NCBI GenBank assembly: GCA_963710375.1
Contig: CAVPZX010000003.1
Location: 288,001-352,000 of the forward strand
Origin: Nitrospirota bacterium
GTDB lineage: Bacteria; Nitrospirota; Thermodesulfovibrionia; Thermodesulfovibrionales; Dissulfurispiraceae
Reading direction: 5' to 3'
Length of the DNA stretch: 64,000 nucleotides
Below the pieces are notes generated by a model. It was not told the DNA's origin. It saw nothing but the letters and a program-made list of their open reading frames with translations, and did no database searches. Positions 8,272-18,217 of this stretch are shown here, in pieces. Both the position numbers and the translations under genes were made by a program. Every line of letters starts with the position of its first letter. The first letter of the stretch is position 1.

Positions 8272-10398
8272 CTAATTATTCGCTGATACGGTGCTCGGCA
8301 ACGGGTTGAACCCTGCAGGCGGCGCAAAGTCCTGCGTCTGACCCGGCGGTAAAACCGGGGTGATCCCGATAGCCTGGCAACCGGTTCCGCCGTAGTGAGG
8401 GAACGTACTCACGACGCTTGCCGGAAGCGAGGCAAGCGAGGACGAAAGCGGAGGAGTTATTCCCTGCAGGCGGTTTTGATCAAAGCCCGACAGCAGGCTG
8501 TCGGTAATCGTCGAGTTGATGTCGCGCGGCCCAAGGTATTGCTGCGTGAACGTGGACCCGGCCGGGGCAAACTGGTTGAACATGGTGGAGTTGCCCAGAT
8601 GCAGGGCCAATTCCTCATTAGGCAGAGAGGCGAGAGGGGGCAGGCCGAAGATCGTATTGATCGTCTGTATTATTGCATTGTGGTCCCCTTCGACATGGGA
8701 GACGGAATGAGCCTTAGCGTAGGGCGAGATCATTATCAGGGGTATGCGGATCCCGCGGGAAAGTGGATAACCGTCAGGCCCGTAAGAAAGGATCCGAGGC
8801 GGGACGTGATCGTAGAATCCATCCGACTCATCGTATGTTATGATGATCAGGCTCTGGCTCCAGATATTGGGATTTGACGCCACCGCGTTTATGACATTGG
8901 CTGCCATGGCCTCGCTAAGCTGGCGGTCGGTGTAAGAAGGATGGTCGTCGTCGCCGGCCTTGGCCGCCTGGATTGTGCTGATCTGGGCCGCGGTGTAATT
9001 GGCGGTGTTACTTATGGTAGGCTTCACGCCCATCTGGTTCTGGTAGCCTCCGCGGATGTAAAAAATGCCGCCATTTGGCAGTGTCTTGTTTGTCATGTCG
9101 TTGAAGAAGTCTGTGATACCTTTGAAGCTTCCACGCTGCGAAGGGTTGTTGGCAAGATAACCGAAGTACTGGGGCCCCTGATGATGGCTGACATAGGCCA
9201 GGTGCGTGGCTGTCCCGCCGGTATCGGATGACTCGAGGTCGTAACCCTCCTGGTACCAGCGCCAGTTAACGGGAGTACTGCCGTAGGCCTGGATGTAAGG
9301 GATATCCTGCTGGATGTCGGGCGTGTCGAAAGTCGGGTTCAGGTCCTGCGCCATGTTCGCAGTGACATTTGTGCCCAACGCAGTCAGCAGCACATTTGCA
9401 AAGGTCAGGTTCACCTCAATGTTGCTGTTAGAGTAGCCGTCATTAACGTTCTTAGGCTGTATTGTTGCGAGAGGCGTCGGGTCGAACTGGGAGCCGTAAA
9501 AAGGCTGATGATCTCCAACCATCGGTGTCCCGACTGTTGTCCCCGATCCGGTTGTGCCGCTGGTAGCAGTGGCTGTATAAGTCACGCCCGGAGAGAATGT
9601 GCCGTTTGTTCCCGGATGCAAGACCCACTGTGTTTCGCCTGACTGCCCGGCTATCATTGCAACAGCATTTGGAGATGAAGGCGTATCCTCCGTGGCGAAG
9701 ATATTGTCAAAGATAGTGAAGTTGTTTGCCCACTGCCAGAAGAAAGGAATTGTATTACAGTCGATATGAGACATCACGAGACGCGCGAACTGTGTGCCCT
9801 CTGCAGCGTTCGCAGTGCCGCCCGATCTCGCAAAGCGGTTATACTCGTCATAGGAGAACTGGTCCATTTGAGCTTGCGGCGTACCATTTACGACTTTCGC
9901 GTCTATCTTGATCGGGATCCCGTTAAGAAACCCGTTGGCGGGTGTGGCGACATTATGACCGTGGTCAACACTGTCAACTACGTTGGAATTTTGTTGAGGC
10001 CCGATAAGGAACGGCGTGACCGTGACTGTGTTGCCGTTAACGTCGGTATAAGTCTGGGTATAGCCCAGCGTGTTGGCGGCTGAGCGGGGGTTCACACCGT
10101 CCGAGTACAGGCCGTTGACGCCTGGGAATGTGCCGTACTCATTGTCGAAAGAGTGGTTCTCGTTGAAGATGACAAACACATATTTGATCTTCTGCTGCAG
10201 CAGCGCCACAAGCTGGGCATTCGTCAGACTGGAGGACGATCCCGGAGGATTGAAGAATCGTGAGACCTCCTTATCGCCGCCGGGCTGGGCTGTGACGGTC
10301 GGAGTCAACTGGTCGGCTGAAGCAGCCGGGATAATGGCGGCCTGCGACAGCAAGGCTGATGCGGCCAGGGCAAGACAGAATTTTGTAAACCTTCTCAT
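8272..10398 (-). CDS. Secreted phosphoesterase (phospholipase C/acid phosphatase AcpA family)
   Basis: KIKYVFVIFNENHSFDN, TPSSPN (nucleophile region), DDHP, IITYDESDGFYDHVPP and G.RIPLIMISPYAK motifs; signal peptide. Confidence 0.9.
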   Translation of the reverse strand: MRRFTKFCLALAASALLSQAAIIPAASADQLTPTVTAQPGGDKEVSRFFNPPGSSSSLTNAQLVALLQQKIKYVFVIFNENHSFDNEYGTFPGVNGLYSDGVNPRSAANTLGYTQTYTDVNGNTVTVTPFLIGPQQNSNVVDSVDHGHNVATPANGFLNGIPIKIDAKVVNGTPQAQMDQFSYDEYNRFARSGGTANAAEGTQFARLVMSHIDCNTIPFFWQWANNFTIFDNIFATEDTPSSPNAVAMIAGQSGETQWVLHPGTNGTFSPGVTYTATATSGTTGSGTTVGTPMVGDHQPFYGSQFDPTPLATIQPKNVNDGYSNSNIEVNLTFANVLLTALGTNVTANMAQDLNPTFDTPDIQQDIPYIQAYGSTPVNWRWYQEGYDLESSDTGGTATHLAYVSHHQGPQYFGYLANNPSQRGSFKGITDFFNDMTNKTLPNGGIFYIRGGYQNQMGVKPTISNTANYTAAQISTIQAAKAGDDDHPSYTDRQLSEAMAANVINAVASNPNIWSQSLIIITYDESDGFYDHVPPRILSYGPDGYPLSRGIRIPLIMISPYAKAHSVSHVEGDHNAIIQTINTIFGLPPLASLPNEELALHLGNSTMFNQFAPAGSTFTQQYLGPRDINSTITDSLLSGFDQNRLQGITPPLSSSLASLPASVVSTFPHYGGTGCQAIGITPVLPPGQTQDFAPPAGFNPLPSTVSANN

Positions 10399-10641
10399 GG
10401 TAAACCTCCGATAATATTCTGATTTGGCTTGATTGAAATAGTATTGTTCTTCTTTCAGCGGACTTGATGTATCCTCCTTTCCTCCTTACTTATGATTTCT
10501 CAGGTTGTTGTTTGTTACAAAATTGGCCATAAATATTGTGACCGACTGCTTCCTTACGAAAATGTCACCCCCCTTTATGCAGGCCGGTTTATTAGGTATC
10601 TTTGTAAACAAGACGTGGAAATGATGTCTGGAACTAGGACT

Positions 10642-10697
10642 AGATTATCAGGACTCTGTTACAGGAAAATTAATTAGAAGTTACGTTTTCATTAAGA
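10642..10697 (-). promoter_or_regulatory. Pho-box-like array with -10 element for the phosphoesterase operon
   Basis: Minus-strand TTAAT/GTAAC/TTAAT/GTAAC pentamers at exact 11-bp spacing (10691, 10680, 10669, 10658). The last reads CTGTAAC and is followed after 10 bp by TAATCT (10642-10647). Confidence 0.65.
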
Positions 10698-10873
10698 ATA
10701 TTGAGTCGATAAAAACCAGTTGGTTAAAGGCAATTCTTCCAGCTCAAGTAAATACTTATTAATACATGAAGATAAAATAATCCATAAAAAATGGCCCATT
10801 GACTTGCATGTTCATGTAATGGTAGCCTTGAAAGAGTTGCCGATAGAATAATAGGATTTGGGGAGAAATCAAC

Positions 10874-11299
10874 ATGTTCCTTAGCAATCGTCTATCAAAT
10901 GAAAAAGGATTTACGCTTATAGAATTGCTCGTAGTCCTTGTCATCCTGGGGCTTTTGGCAGCACTGGTAGGTCCCCAGCTTTTCCCAAAACTGGGCAAGG
11001 GAAAACAGTCTGCTGCAAAAGCCCAGATCGAGCTGTTTGGACAGGCGCTCGACCAGTTCCGGCTGGATGTCGGGAGATACCCCACCTCTCAAGAGGGACT
11101 TGCTGCACTGGTAACCAATTCCGGCATTGATAAATGGGAGGGGCCGTATCTTAAAAAGGGGTTGCCGAACGATCCCTGGGGAAGGCCATACATTTACACT
11201 TGCCCGGGCACTCATGGGGAATACGATATTGTTTCCTATGGCAGAGACGGTAATCCCGGCGGCGAGGGCGAAGACAAGGATGTTGTAAGTTGGGAATAG
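10874..11299 (+). CDS. gspG: T2SS major pseudopilin, cluster 1
   Basis: G|FTLIE prepilin site; LDVGRYPT, WEGPYL, DPWG and SYGRDG..GGEGEDKD motifs. Confidence 0.95.
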   Translation: MFLSNRLSNEKGFTLIELLVVLVILGLLAALVGPQLFPKLGKGKQSAAKAQIELFGQALDQFRLDVGRYPTSQEGLAALVTNSGIDKWEGPYLKKGLPNDPWGRPYIYTCPGTHGEYDIVSYGRDGNPGGEGEDKDVVSWE

Positions 11300-11331
11300 T
11301 TTTGCTTACTACCGGTATGTAAAGACCGTCA

Positions 11332-12846
11332 ATGATAAAAGATATACCCTATGTAAAACTGGAGGATATGCCTAAGGTCCCATTTGTCTATAACGGCATA
11401 TCCTCCCGTTTTATCCGCGAAAACAGGATAGTTCTTCTCGACTTCAAAAATAATATACTCAGCGTGGCAATGGCAAATCCCGAAGACAGCTCAACCATCG
11501 ATGCGCTCAGGGTTGCAACGTCCGCAAATATAAAAGTCTTCGGTATCGATGCCGCCGTTTTAGAAGAATACTCATCCAAACTTTATGGGCAGGAATCTCA
11601 GAATATTAACAGGATTATCGAGGAGATCGGCGACAAGAGCGGACTTGAGTTCCTCAGGGATGATGAGGAAGACGTCGGTCATCTTAAAGACCTGGCCTCC
11701 GAGGCCCCTATAATCAAATTGGTCAACATGATAATTGTAAGGGCTGTCGAAAACAGGGCCAGCGATATACACATCGAACCTTTTGAGGATGAACTGAAAG
11801 TCAGGTACCGCATCGACGGTATCCTTCATGATATAGAGTCGGTGCCCAAAAGGCTGCAGGCGGCTATCACCTCGAGAATAAAGCTTACTGCAAAGCTGAA
11901 TATCGCCGAGCGGCGATTGCCGCAGGACGGCCGCATTCGGCTTAAAGTCGGCGAAAAAGAGATCGATTTGCGCATCTCCACCGTACCGGTTCTCTACGGT
12001 GAAAGCGTGGTGATGAGGATCCTTGATAAAGAGAGTGTTATCGTAGACCTTGAGCGTCTCGGCTTCTTCCCTGAAACGCTTCACGCTTTTGAGCAGCTGA
12101 TCAGCAAGCCGAACGGCATCATACTGGTCACCGGACCGACCGGGAGCGGGAAGACCACAACGCTTTACGGCGCCCTGGACAAGATAAACTCCCCTGATAA
12201 AAAGATCATCACTGTTGAAGACCCGGTAGAATACCAGCTCAAGGGAATCAACCAGATACAGGTCAAGCCTCAAATAGGTCTGAATTTTTCGAATACGCTC
12301 CGGCACATTGTCCGGCAGGACCCTGACGTCATTATGATAGGAGAAACCAGGGACCTTGAAACGGCCCAGATAGCCATACAGGCTGCCCTCACCGGTCATC
12401 TCGTCTTCTCAACACTGCACACTAATGACGCACCCAGCGCAATCACGAGGCTCCACGACATGGGGGTAGAGCGTTTTTTACTTTCTTCCACCATTCGCGG
12501 CATTCTCGCCCAGAGACTTGTGCGTGCAATCTGTCCATCATGCAAAGAGCCTGATACCGCATCGGCCGGGGCGGAGCGCGATACGCTCCATATCCAGGGG
12601 GCGTACAGAAGCAACGGATGCGAGCAATGCGCCTTTACCGGCTACCGTGGCAGGATAGGAATATTTGAACTCATTGTGGTGGATGATGACCTGCGTAATC
12701 TTATTATGCAGGATGTTGATTCAAACAAGATCAGGGAATTGGCGCGGCGCAATGGTATGAAGACATTGCTTGAAGATGGCACAGAAAAGATAAAGGCCGG
12801 CATAACTACTCTCGGCGAACTGCTCAGGGTAACGCAGGACGGCTGA
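11332..12846 (+). CDS. gspE: T2SS ATPase, cluster 1
   Basis: [45 protein letters not shown], two CxxC Zn motifs. Confidence 0.95.
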   Translation: MIKDIPYVKLEDMPKVPFVYNGISSRFIRENRIVLLDFKNNILSVAMANPEDSSTIDALRVATSANIKVFGIDAAVLEEYSSKLYGQESQNINRIIEEIGDKSGLEFLRDDEEDVGHLKDLASEAPIIKLVNMIIVRAVENRASDIHIEPFEDELKVRYRIDGILHDIESVPKRLQAAITSRIKLTAKLNIAERRLPQDGRIRLKVGEKEIDLRISTVPVLYGESVVMRILDKESVIVDLERLGFFPETLHAFEQLISKPNGIILVTGPTGSGKTTTLYGALDKINSPDKKIITVEDPVEYQLKGINQIQVKPQIGLNFSNTLRHIVRQDPDVIMIGETRDLETAQIAIQAALTGHLVFSTLHTNDAPSAITRLHDMGVERFLLSSTIRGILAQRLVRAICPSCKEPDTASAGAERDTLHIQGAYRSNGCEQCAFTGYRGRIGIFELIVVDDDLRNLIMQDVDSNKIRELARRNGMKTLLEDGTEKIKAGITTLGELLRVTQDG

Positions 12847-14039
12847 TGGCAATTTTCTCCTACAGGGCGACATCCCGCGACGGTGCAATCAGCGGCGGGT
12901 TCATCGAAGCGCTGGATGAAGCCGCGGCCCTTGAGCAGCTCAAGTCATCCGGCGTTATCCCGTTAAAGATACTTGCCCAGTCAGAAGATAAAAAAAAACG
13001 GTTTTCCCTGCGCTCCTCAGGGGCCGATCTCGGAATCTTTACCACTGAACTCTCTGCGTTGCTCAATGCGGGCCTCCCGCTTGACAGGAGCCTCAGTATA
13101 TTGTCCGAAATATCCGGGAGCGGAGAGATGAAACGGGTTACGCAATCCATTGTCAAATCGATTCGTGAGGGAAGCTCTTTTTCTGATGCCCTGCAGCGCC
13201 AGCCCGACGTTTTTCCAAGACTTTATGTGAACATGATACGGGCTGGGGAGGCCGGGGGTGTTGTAAATGTGGTACTCGATAAATTAAATGAATTTCTGGA
13301 GTCGTCCAAAGAATTAAAAGACAGCATAGTTTCCGCGATGATCTATCCTGTGATACTGATATTCACAGGCGGCGCATCAGTCGTGGTCCTCCTCACTTAT
13401 GTGCTTCCCAAGTTTACGGTCATATTTAAAGAACTGGGGACCTCTCTGCCCCTTCCAACTCAGATACTGCTCATCGTCAGTGATATTTTAAGATCATACT
13501 GGTGGATTGTTGCATCAGCGGCGGCAGCAGTGTGGATTATATTCAAGAGTTATATTAAATCAGCCAAAGGCAGATATAAATTCGATGCGTTCAAACTTAA
13601 ACTTATGAGGGATATCATCACAAAAATAGAGACCGCCCGCTTTTGCAGGACGCTGGGGACGCTCCTCCAGAGCGGGGTCCCGTTGCTTCAGGCAATGTCC
13701 AATGCAAAGGATGTAATAAACAACCAGGTTATCGCCTCTTCCATCGATGCCGTATCCAAAGGCGCCAGGGAAGGGAAGGGCATTGCTGAGCCGCTTGCCG
13801 CCGCGCAGGTGTTTCCGCAACTCGCGCTCTCGATGGTCAAGGTAGGGGAAGAAACAGGGCAATTGGATACAATGCTGCTGAAGGTTGCCGCCGCATATGA
13901 GAAAAGCCTTAAAGCCTCAGTCAAGCGGCTTATCAGCTTTATGGAACCTGCCATGATCCTTGGAATGGGCCTGGTGATCGGGTTTATAGTAATCTCAATG
14001 CTGATGGCGATATTCAGCATAACAGATCTTCCGTTTTAG
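12846..14039 (+). CDS. gspF: T2SS inner-membrane platform protein, cluster 1
   Basis: AGEAGG, AMIYP and VGEETGQL motifs; three TM segments. Confidence 0.95.
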   Translation: MAIFSYRATSRDGAISGGFIEALDEAAALEQLKSSGVIPLKILAQSEDKKKRFSLRSSGADLGIFTTELSALLNAGLPLDRSLSILSEISGSGEMKRVTQSIVKSIREGSSFSDALQRQPDVFPRLYVNMIRAGEAGGVVNVVLDKLNEFLESSKELKDSIVSAMIYPVILIFTGGASVVVLLTYVLPKFTVIFKELGTSLPLPTQILLIVSDILRSYWWIVASAAAAVWIIFKSYIKSAKGRYKFDAFKLKLMRDIITKIETARFCRTLGTLLQSGVPLLQAMSNAKDVINNQVIASSIDAVSKGAREGKGIAEPLAAAQVFPQLALSMVKVGEETGQLDTMLLKVAAAYEKSLKASVKRLISFMEPAMILGMGLVIGFIVISMLMAIFSITDLPF

Positions 14040-14043
14040 CTGG

Positions 14044-14508
14044 GTGTTTCAGGTGGCCCGCTCAGATTGCCCATCTATCAATAGACAAGGTTTTACGCTC
14101 CTCGAATTGATGATCGTGCTTTTTCTCATTTCGCTCATAATGGGACTCTCGGCGGTTTATTTTTCCAACGCAATGCCGTCAACCAAGCTTAATGCTGCAG
14201 TCAGGGAACTGTCTGCAACGATCCGTTATGCCCGAACACTTGCAATGATCGACGGCAAGCTCCAGACATTAAACATTGACCTCGATGCAAAAAGATACGG
14301 CATAGAAGGGCGCGGGTATAAAGACATCGATTCCGGGATAACAATAATGGCGCTCGATCCTTTTGCAGGAGAGGTGCGCAATGGAACATACCGTCTTATG
14401 TTTCAAGCGTCAGGAGGGGTGCAGGGAGGGACGATTGTCCTGGGCAGCGGGAAAAAGAAAGTCAGTATCGGACTTGATCCGGTTGTAGGATCAGTGGTAG
14501 TGAAATGA
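14044..14508 (+). CDS. gspH: T2SS minor pseudopilin, cluster 1
   Basis: G|FTLLELMIV N-methylation motif; position in operon. Confidence 0.8.
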   Translation: MFQVARSDCPSINRQGFTLLELMIVLFLISLIMGLSAVYFSNAMPSTKLNAAVRELSATIRYARTLAMIDGKLQTLNIDLDAKRYGIEGRGYKDIDSGITIMALDPFAGEVRNGTYRLMFQASGGVQGGTIVLGSGKKKVSIGLDPVVGSVVVK

Positions 14509-15071
14509 ATAATGTAAAGGGCTCGCGAATAAATAGCTTGTGCATTCAGGCGCTCAGATTTAGGTCAGATTTGGCTGATCCGACTGAGCAAAACCGCAGG
14601 CGTAGCAGAGCTACGTTGAGGATTTTGCGATTGAGGATCGGGCAAAGATGGCCTGAATCTGAGATGCATCAATGTGCAAGTTATTTATTCGCGAGCCCAG
14701 AAGGCTTTACGCTTCTTGAAATCCTTGTTGCACTCGCCCTGCTGAGCATAGCCTTACTGGTTATAGTGCAGCTTTTCTCCGCTGACCTGCGAGGCATATC
14801 TGTCTCGGACGATTACGTCGTTGCTGTTGCGACTGCAGAGTCCAGGATGAGGGAACTGCTTGACGATGATAAGCTTTCCGAGAAGAACTTGAGCGAGTAT
14901 ACCGATGATGGATACCGGATAGATACCTCTGTGAAAGAGTCGCTCACGGACAGGACCGAAAACTTACAGGTCAGAATCTTTGATATAGGACTAGCCGTTC
15001 ATTGGAGAAAATGGGGACGGGACAGGTCTGTCACCCTTAGGACCCTGAAAGTAATGAAGAAGGAACTATAA
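14505..15071 (+). CDS. gspI: T2SS minor pseudopilin with a 60-codon MITE insert in its leader
   Basis: G|FTLLEILVAL. Removing 14519-14698 gives a normal leader, MNNVKEG|F. Confidence 0.8.
   Translation: MNNVKGSRINSLCIQALRFRSDLADPTEQNRRRSRATLRILRLRIGQRWPESEMHQCASYLFASPEGFTLLEILVALALLSIALLVIVQLFSADLRGISVSDDYVVAVATAESRMRELLDDDKLSEKNLSEYTDDGYRIDTSVKESLTDRTENLQVRIFDIGLAVHWRKWGRDRSVTLRTLKVMKKEL
14519..14698 (+). mobile_element. MITE-like element, family A (copy 1)
   Basis: TIRs gggctcgcgaataaat.../...atttattcgcgagccc, 180 bp; a near-identical inverted copy lies at 48575-48754. Confidence 0.9.
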
Positions 15072-15716
15072 ATGCTTTCGACAAACCCTAATCGGGAACA
15101 TGGCTTTACGCTCCTTGAGTTGATGATATCCATTACTTTGATCGTGTTTATCCTTCTGATTGCAGGCACGGCCATCCGGCTTGGGTTGCGGTCGGTAGAC
15201 TCCGGAGAAAAGAGGATCGAATCACTCGAAAGATTCAGGGCCTCGCTAAATATCATTGATGCCCAGGTACAATCAGAACTGACGGTGCCGATGCAGGAAA
15301 ACGCCGGGAAGCACATCGTATTTCTGGGTGACGGCGAATCTATGCAATTCCCAAGCAATTTTTCCCTGTGGGGCAATCAGCCGGGATATGTTACCGTGTC
15401 GTATAAGGTGGCGCAGGACCAGTGGGGGAAACAGGACCTGTATGTTGAAGAAAGCGGCATAGGCGTTTCAGGCAAGGGGGAGGTGAAGCTCTTCGAGTTT
15501 TTTGACCGGATTTATTTTGATTATTTCTACAAAGATCCCAAAGAAGAAAAGGGCAGTTGGGTCGAAGAATGGACAACTACCGACGCTGTGCCTGAGAAGA
15601 TCCGTCTGCATCTTGTCAACGGAGAACGGGAAATGTCGTTTATCATTCCTATGAAAATGAGGGACCTCATCGTCAGGGCCGGTGCTGTTGCAGGGGCCAA
15701 TGCAGGGAGCCACTAG
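15072..15716 (+). CDS. gspJ: T2SS minor pseudopilin, cluster 1
   Basis: G|FTLLELMISI; C-terminal W...W....PEKIRL typical of GspJ. Confidence 0.85.
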   Translation: MLSTNPNREHGFTLLELMISITLIVFILLIAGTAIRLGLRSVDSGEKRIESLERFRASLNIIDAQVQSELTVPMQENAGKHIVFLGDGESMQFPSNFSLWGNQPGYVTVSYKVAQDQWGKQDLYVEESGIGVSGKGEVKLFEFFDRIYFDYFYKDPKEEKGSWVEEWTTTDAVPEKIRLHLVNGEREMSFIIPMKMRDLIVRAGAVAGANAGSH

Positions 15717-16672
15717 TGATAATGAAAGGTTTTTATAGCACGCAAAAAGGCCTGGCGTTATTTGTGGTCTTGTGGGTACTGGCCCTTCTGATGGTCACTG
15801 TACTCTCTTTCTCTTTTGTGACGAGGACAGAAACACATGCAACCCTTGGGTTCAAAGATACGGCGGAAAGGAAGTTCCTGGCCGAGGCCGGTATTGAACG
15901 GGCGATTATCGAGATTCTTTACCGCCAAAAAAATATGGCTAATCCGATAACCCTGGAGGGTCCTGAACCCTGGAAGGCTGACGGTACTGTGTATAGCGGA
16001 CAGTTGGGTGAAGGGTCTTATACAGTAAGCATTGTGGGAGAGGCCGGCAAATTAGATATTAATAAGGCGCCTGAGGTATTATTTAAAAACCTGCTTTTAA
16101 ACGCCGGGGTCAAGGAGGATGAAGCCGATATAATAGCGGACTCTGTAATGGATTGGAAAGACCCCAGTGGCTTGACGCGCCTCCACGGCGCCGGGAGCGA
16201 TTATTATTTGTCGCTGCCGGTCCCCTATAATATTAAGGGAGCTGATTTTGATACGCTCGAGGAGCTTCTGCTTGTGAAGGGAGTGACTCCTGCCTTACTT
16301 TATGGAGACAGCACTAAAAAAGGTATTATCGATTCCCTCACCGTGAATGGGTTGCCGGTAATTAATCTCAATTATGCGCCGAAGGAGGTTTTAATGGCTG
16401 TTCCAGAAATGGCTGCTGATACAGCTGATAATATAATCCAGTTCCGGCACGATCAAACCATACAGAATGTCCAGGAGGCCCTGGTGGGCGCCAATTACCA
16501 GCTGATGGCCCCTTTTATCACTGCAGGGGAAGGGAATGTCTTTACTATAGATTCGGTAGGGCACAAAGGAAACGAAAAAACAGGTTATCCTATCAGGGCA
16601 ACTGTAATGATAGAAAGTGTTAACAAATACAGATATCTGTATTACAAATCCCCAGCATACAAAGAACAATAA
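15716..16672 (+). CDS. gspK: T2SS minor pseudopilin, cluster 1
   Basis: G|LALFVVLW (no E5), GKLDIN, DSVMDWKD, EELLLVKGV, INLNYA. Confidence 0.92.
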   Translation: MIMKGFYSTQKGLALFVVLWVLALLMVTVLSFSFVTRTETHATLGFKDTAERKFLAEAGIERAIIEILYRQKNMANPITLEGPEPWKADGTVYSGQLGEGSYTVSIVGEAGKLDINKAPEVLFKNLLLNAGVKEDEADIIADSVMDWKDPSGLTRLHGAGSDYYLSLPVPYNIKGADFDTLEELLLVKGVTPALLYGDSTKKGIIDSLTVNGLPVINLNYAPKEVLMAVPEMAADTADNIIQFRHDQTIQNVQEALVGANYQLMAPFITAGEGNVFTIDSVGHKGNEKTGYPIRATVMIESVNKYRYLYYKSPAYKEQ

Positions 16673-16679
16673 GAGAGAA

Positions 16680-18217
16680 ATGGAAGCTATAAGAAAAATA
16701 ACTTCATTTGTCTTTGACACAGCCTCCGGGGTGAAGAAAATTACCATCCCCTTAAGGAATGCGCTTACGTTCAGTGCCGCTGATGAACGTATATCATACA
16801 AGAAAGAGCTTTGCGTAGCCATTGAAAAGACCGGCGTGTCCTTAGCATACGGGACGCGGTTCTTATCATCCCTCTCGGTCAAAGGGATGAGGCATTACCA
16901 TTACTCGTCTGCTGAGCATGCCTACCCTCAGCCAAAAGAAGCGGCATCGTCAGTAGTATTGGCCATTAGCGAATTCGGTGCTGTGGGGGCCGGTATTATT
17001 CTAAGCATTCCCAAATCCTGGGCAATTGTAAGAATCGTTGAATTTCCAGTAACGGTCAAGGAGAATATATCGGATGTCGTTACCTATGAGCTGGACCGGC
17101 TTTTCCCTTTCAGCCCCGAAGAGGCTTTTTATGACTTCATCATAACCGGCGAAACTCCTGATAATATCACTTTGGCCATTGCCGCATCAAAGGCTGATCT
17201 GATCAAATCCTATTGTGCAGCTCTTGCAGATGAGAGACTCAGTGTGGACAGGGTCACTTTAAACCTCACTTCCATAGGGTCATTGTGCCGCTCTCTCCAC
17301 AAAAATAGAGATGCCCTCTTTATCGAAACCGATAGCGATGAATATGAGGGCGCACTGTTCCTTGACACTCCCTGGCAGGGGTTGTGAGCGGCAGGTTTTC
17401 TGCTGATGACGATGCATCAAGGGCCGACATAATTTCGGCTGAGATGAGACCGCTTATCGATACCGCAAAAAGGCGTGATAACGACCCTCGTCTGTTTGCC
17501 CTGCTGCGTGGCTCCCCCGCCTTAAAAGAAAGACTCAGGACATCTCTTGCATTTCCCGTATCGCTCCTTGATGAGATTGATACCGGGCTCGGCCTCAGTT
17601 CCGGGCAAAAGAATGTCCTTTACGCGGCAGCAGGCGGTGTGATGGAATCGTTGCAGCCGGGACACCAAAAGCTGAATCTCCTCTCAAGGGGCCTGCATGA
17701 GAGAGCAAAAACACCTATGGGATTGACAGCCGTGCTTGTGGCGCTTTTAATGGTGTTATGGATAATGTGCGAGCTTGCGCCAATACGGGTTGAAACAAAA
17801 CGACTCAGGGAAATTGAGGGCCAGATAAAAATCCGCAAGAGCGGAATGAAGGATTGGGAAACGCTCAAAAACCAAATAGATGCCATCAACAGTGAGGTTG
17901 AAACAATCAACGGCTTTAAGGAAAACAGGCCGATGACACTGACTATTCTCAAAGAGCTCACTGAAGTACTACCTAGATCGGCGTGGCTGACAAGAGTGAA
18001 CATTGGCCAATCAACGGTCAACATCGAAGGCTATTCAACAAGCTCCGCCTCGGAACTCCTGTCAAGGCTTGAGGCATCAAAACATCTGGGAAAGGCTGAA
18101 TTTGCCTCTCCCACATTCAGGGATGTTCGTATGATGGCAGACCGCTTTAACATAAAAATGGAGATAAGGGGAGCCAAAGAAATGAAAGTGGCGCCGCATA
18201 AAGATGATAAAAAGTAA
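16680..18217 (+). CDS. gspL: GspL-like (PilM/PilN-type) protein, split by a frameshift near 17367
   Basis: The N-part has an actin-like ELDRLFPF...YD region. The C-part (17384-18217) has LNLL, a TM helix and LKELTEVLP..AWL. One added base joins the frames. Confidence 0.75.

Noticed and set aside
8272..10398. Tat signal in the phosphoesterase (MRRF...)
   Set aside because: RR directly follows Met and does not match S/T-R-R-x-F-L-K; the export route cannot be assigned by eye.
11572..12399. Long antisense ORFs (also 38242-38811, 54235-54900, 47648-48199)
   Set aside because: They are shadows of well-supported genes on the opposite strand, with no recognisable motifs.
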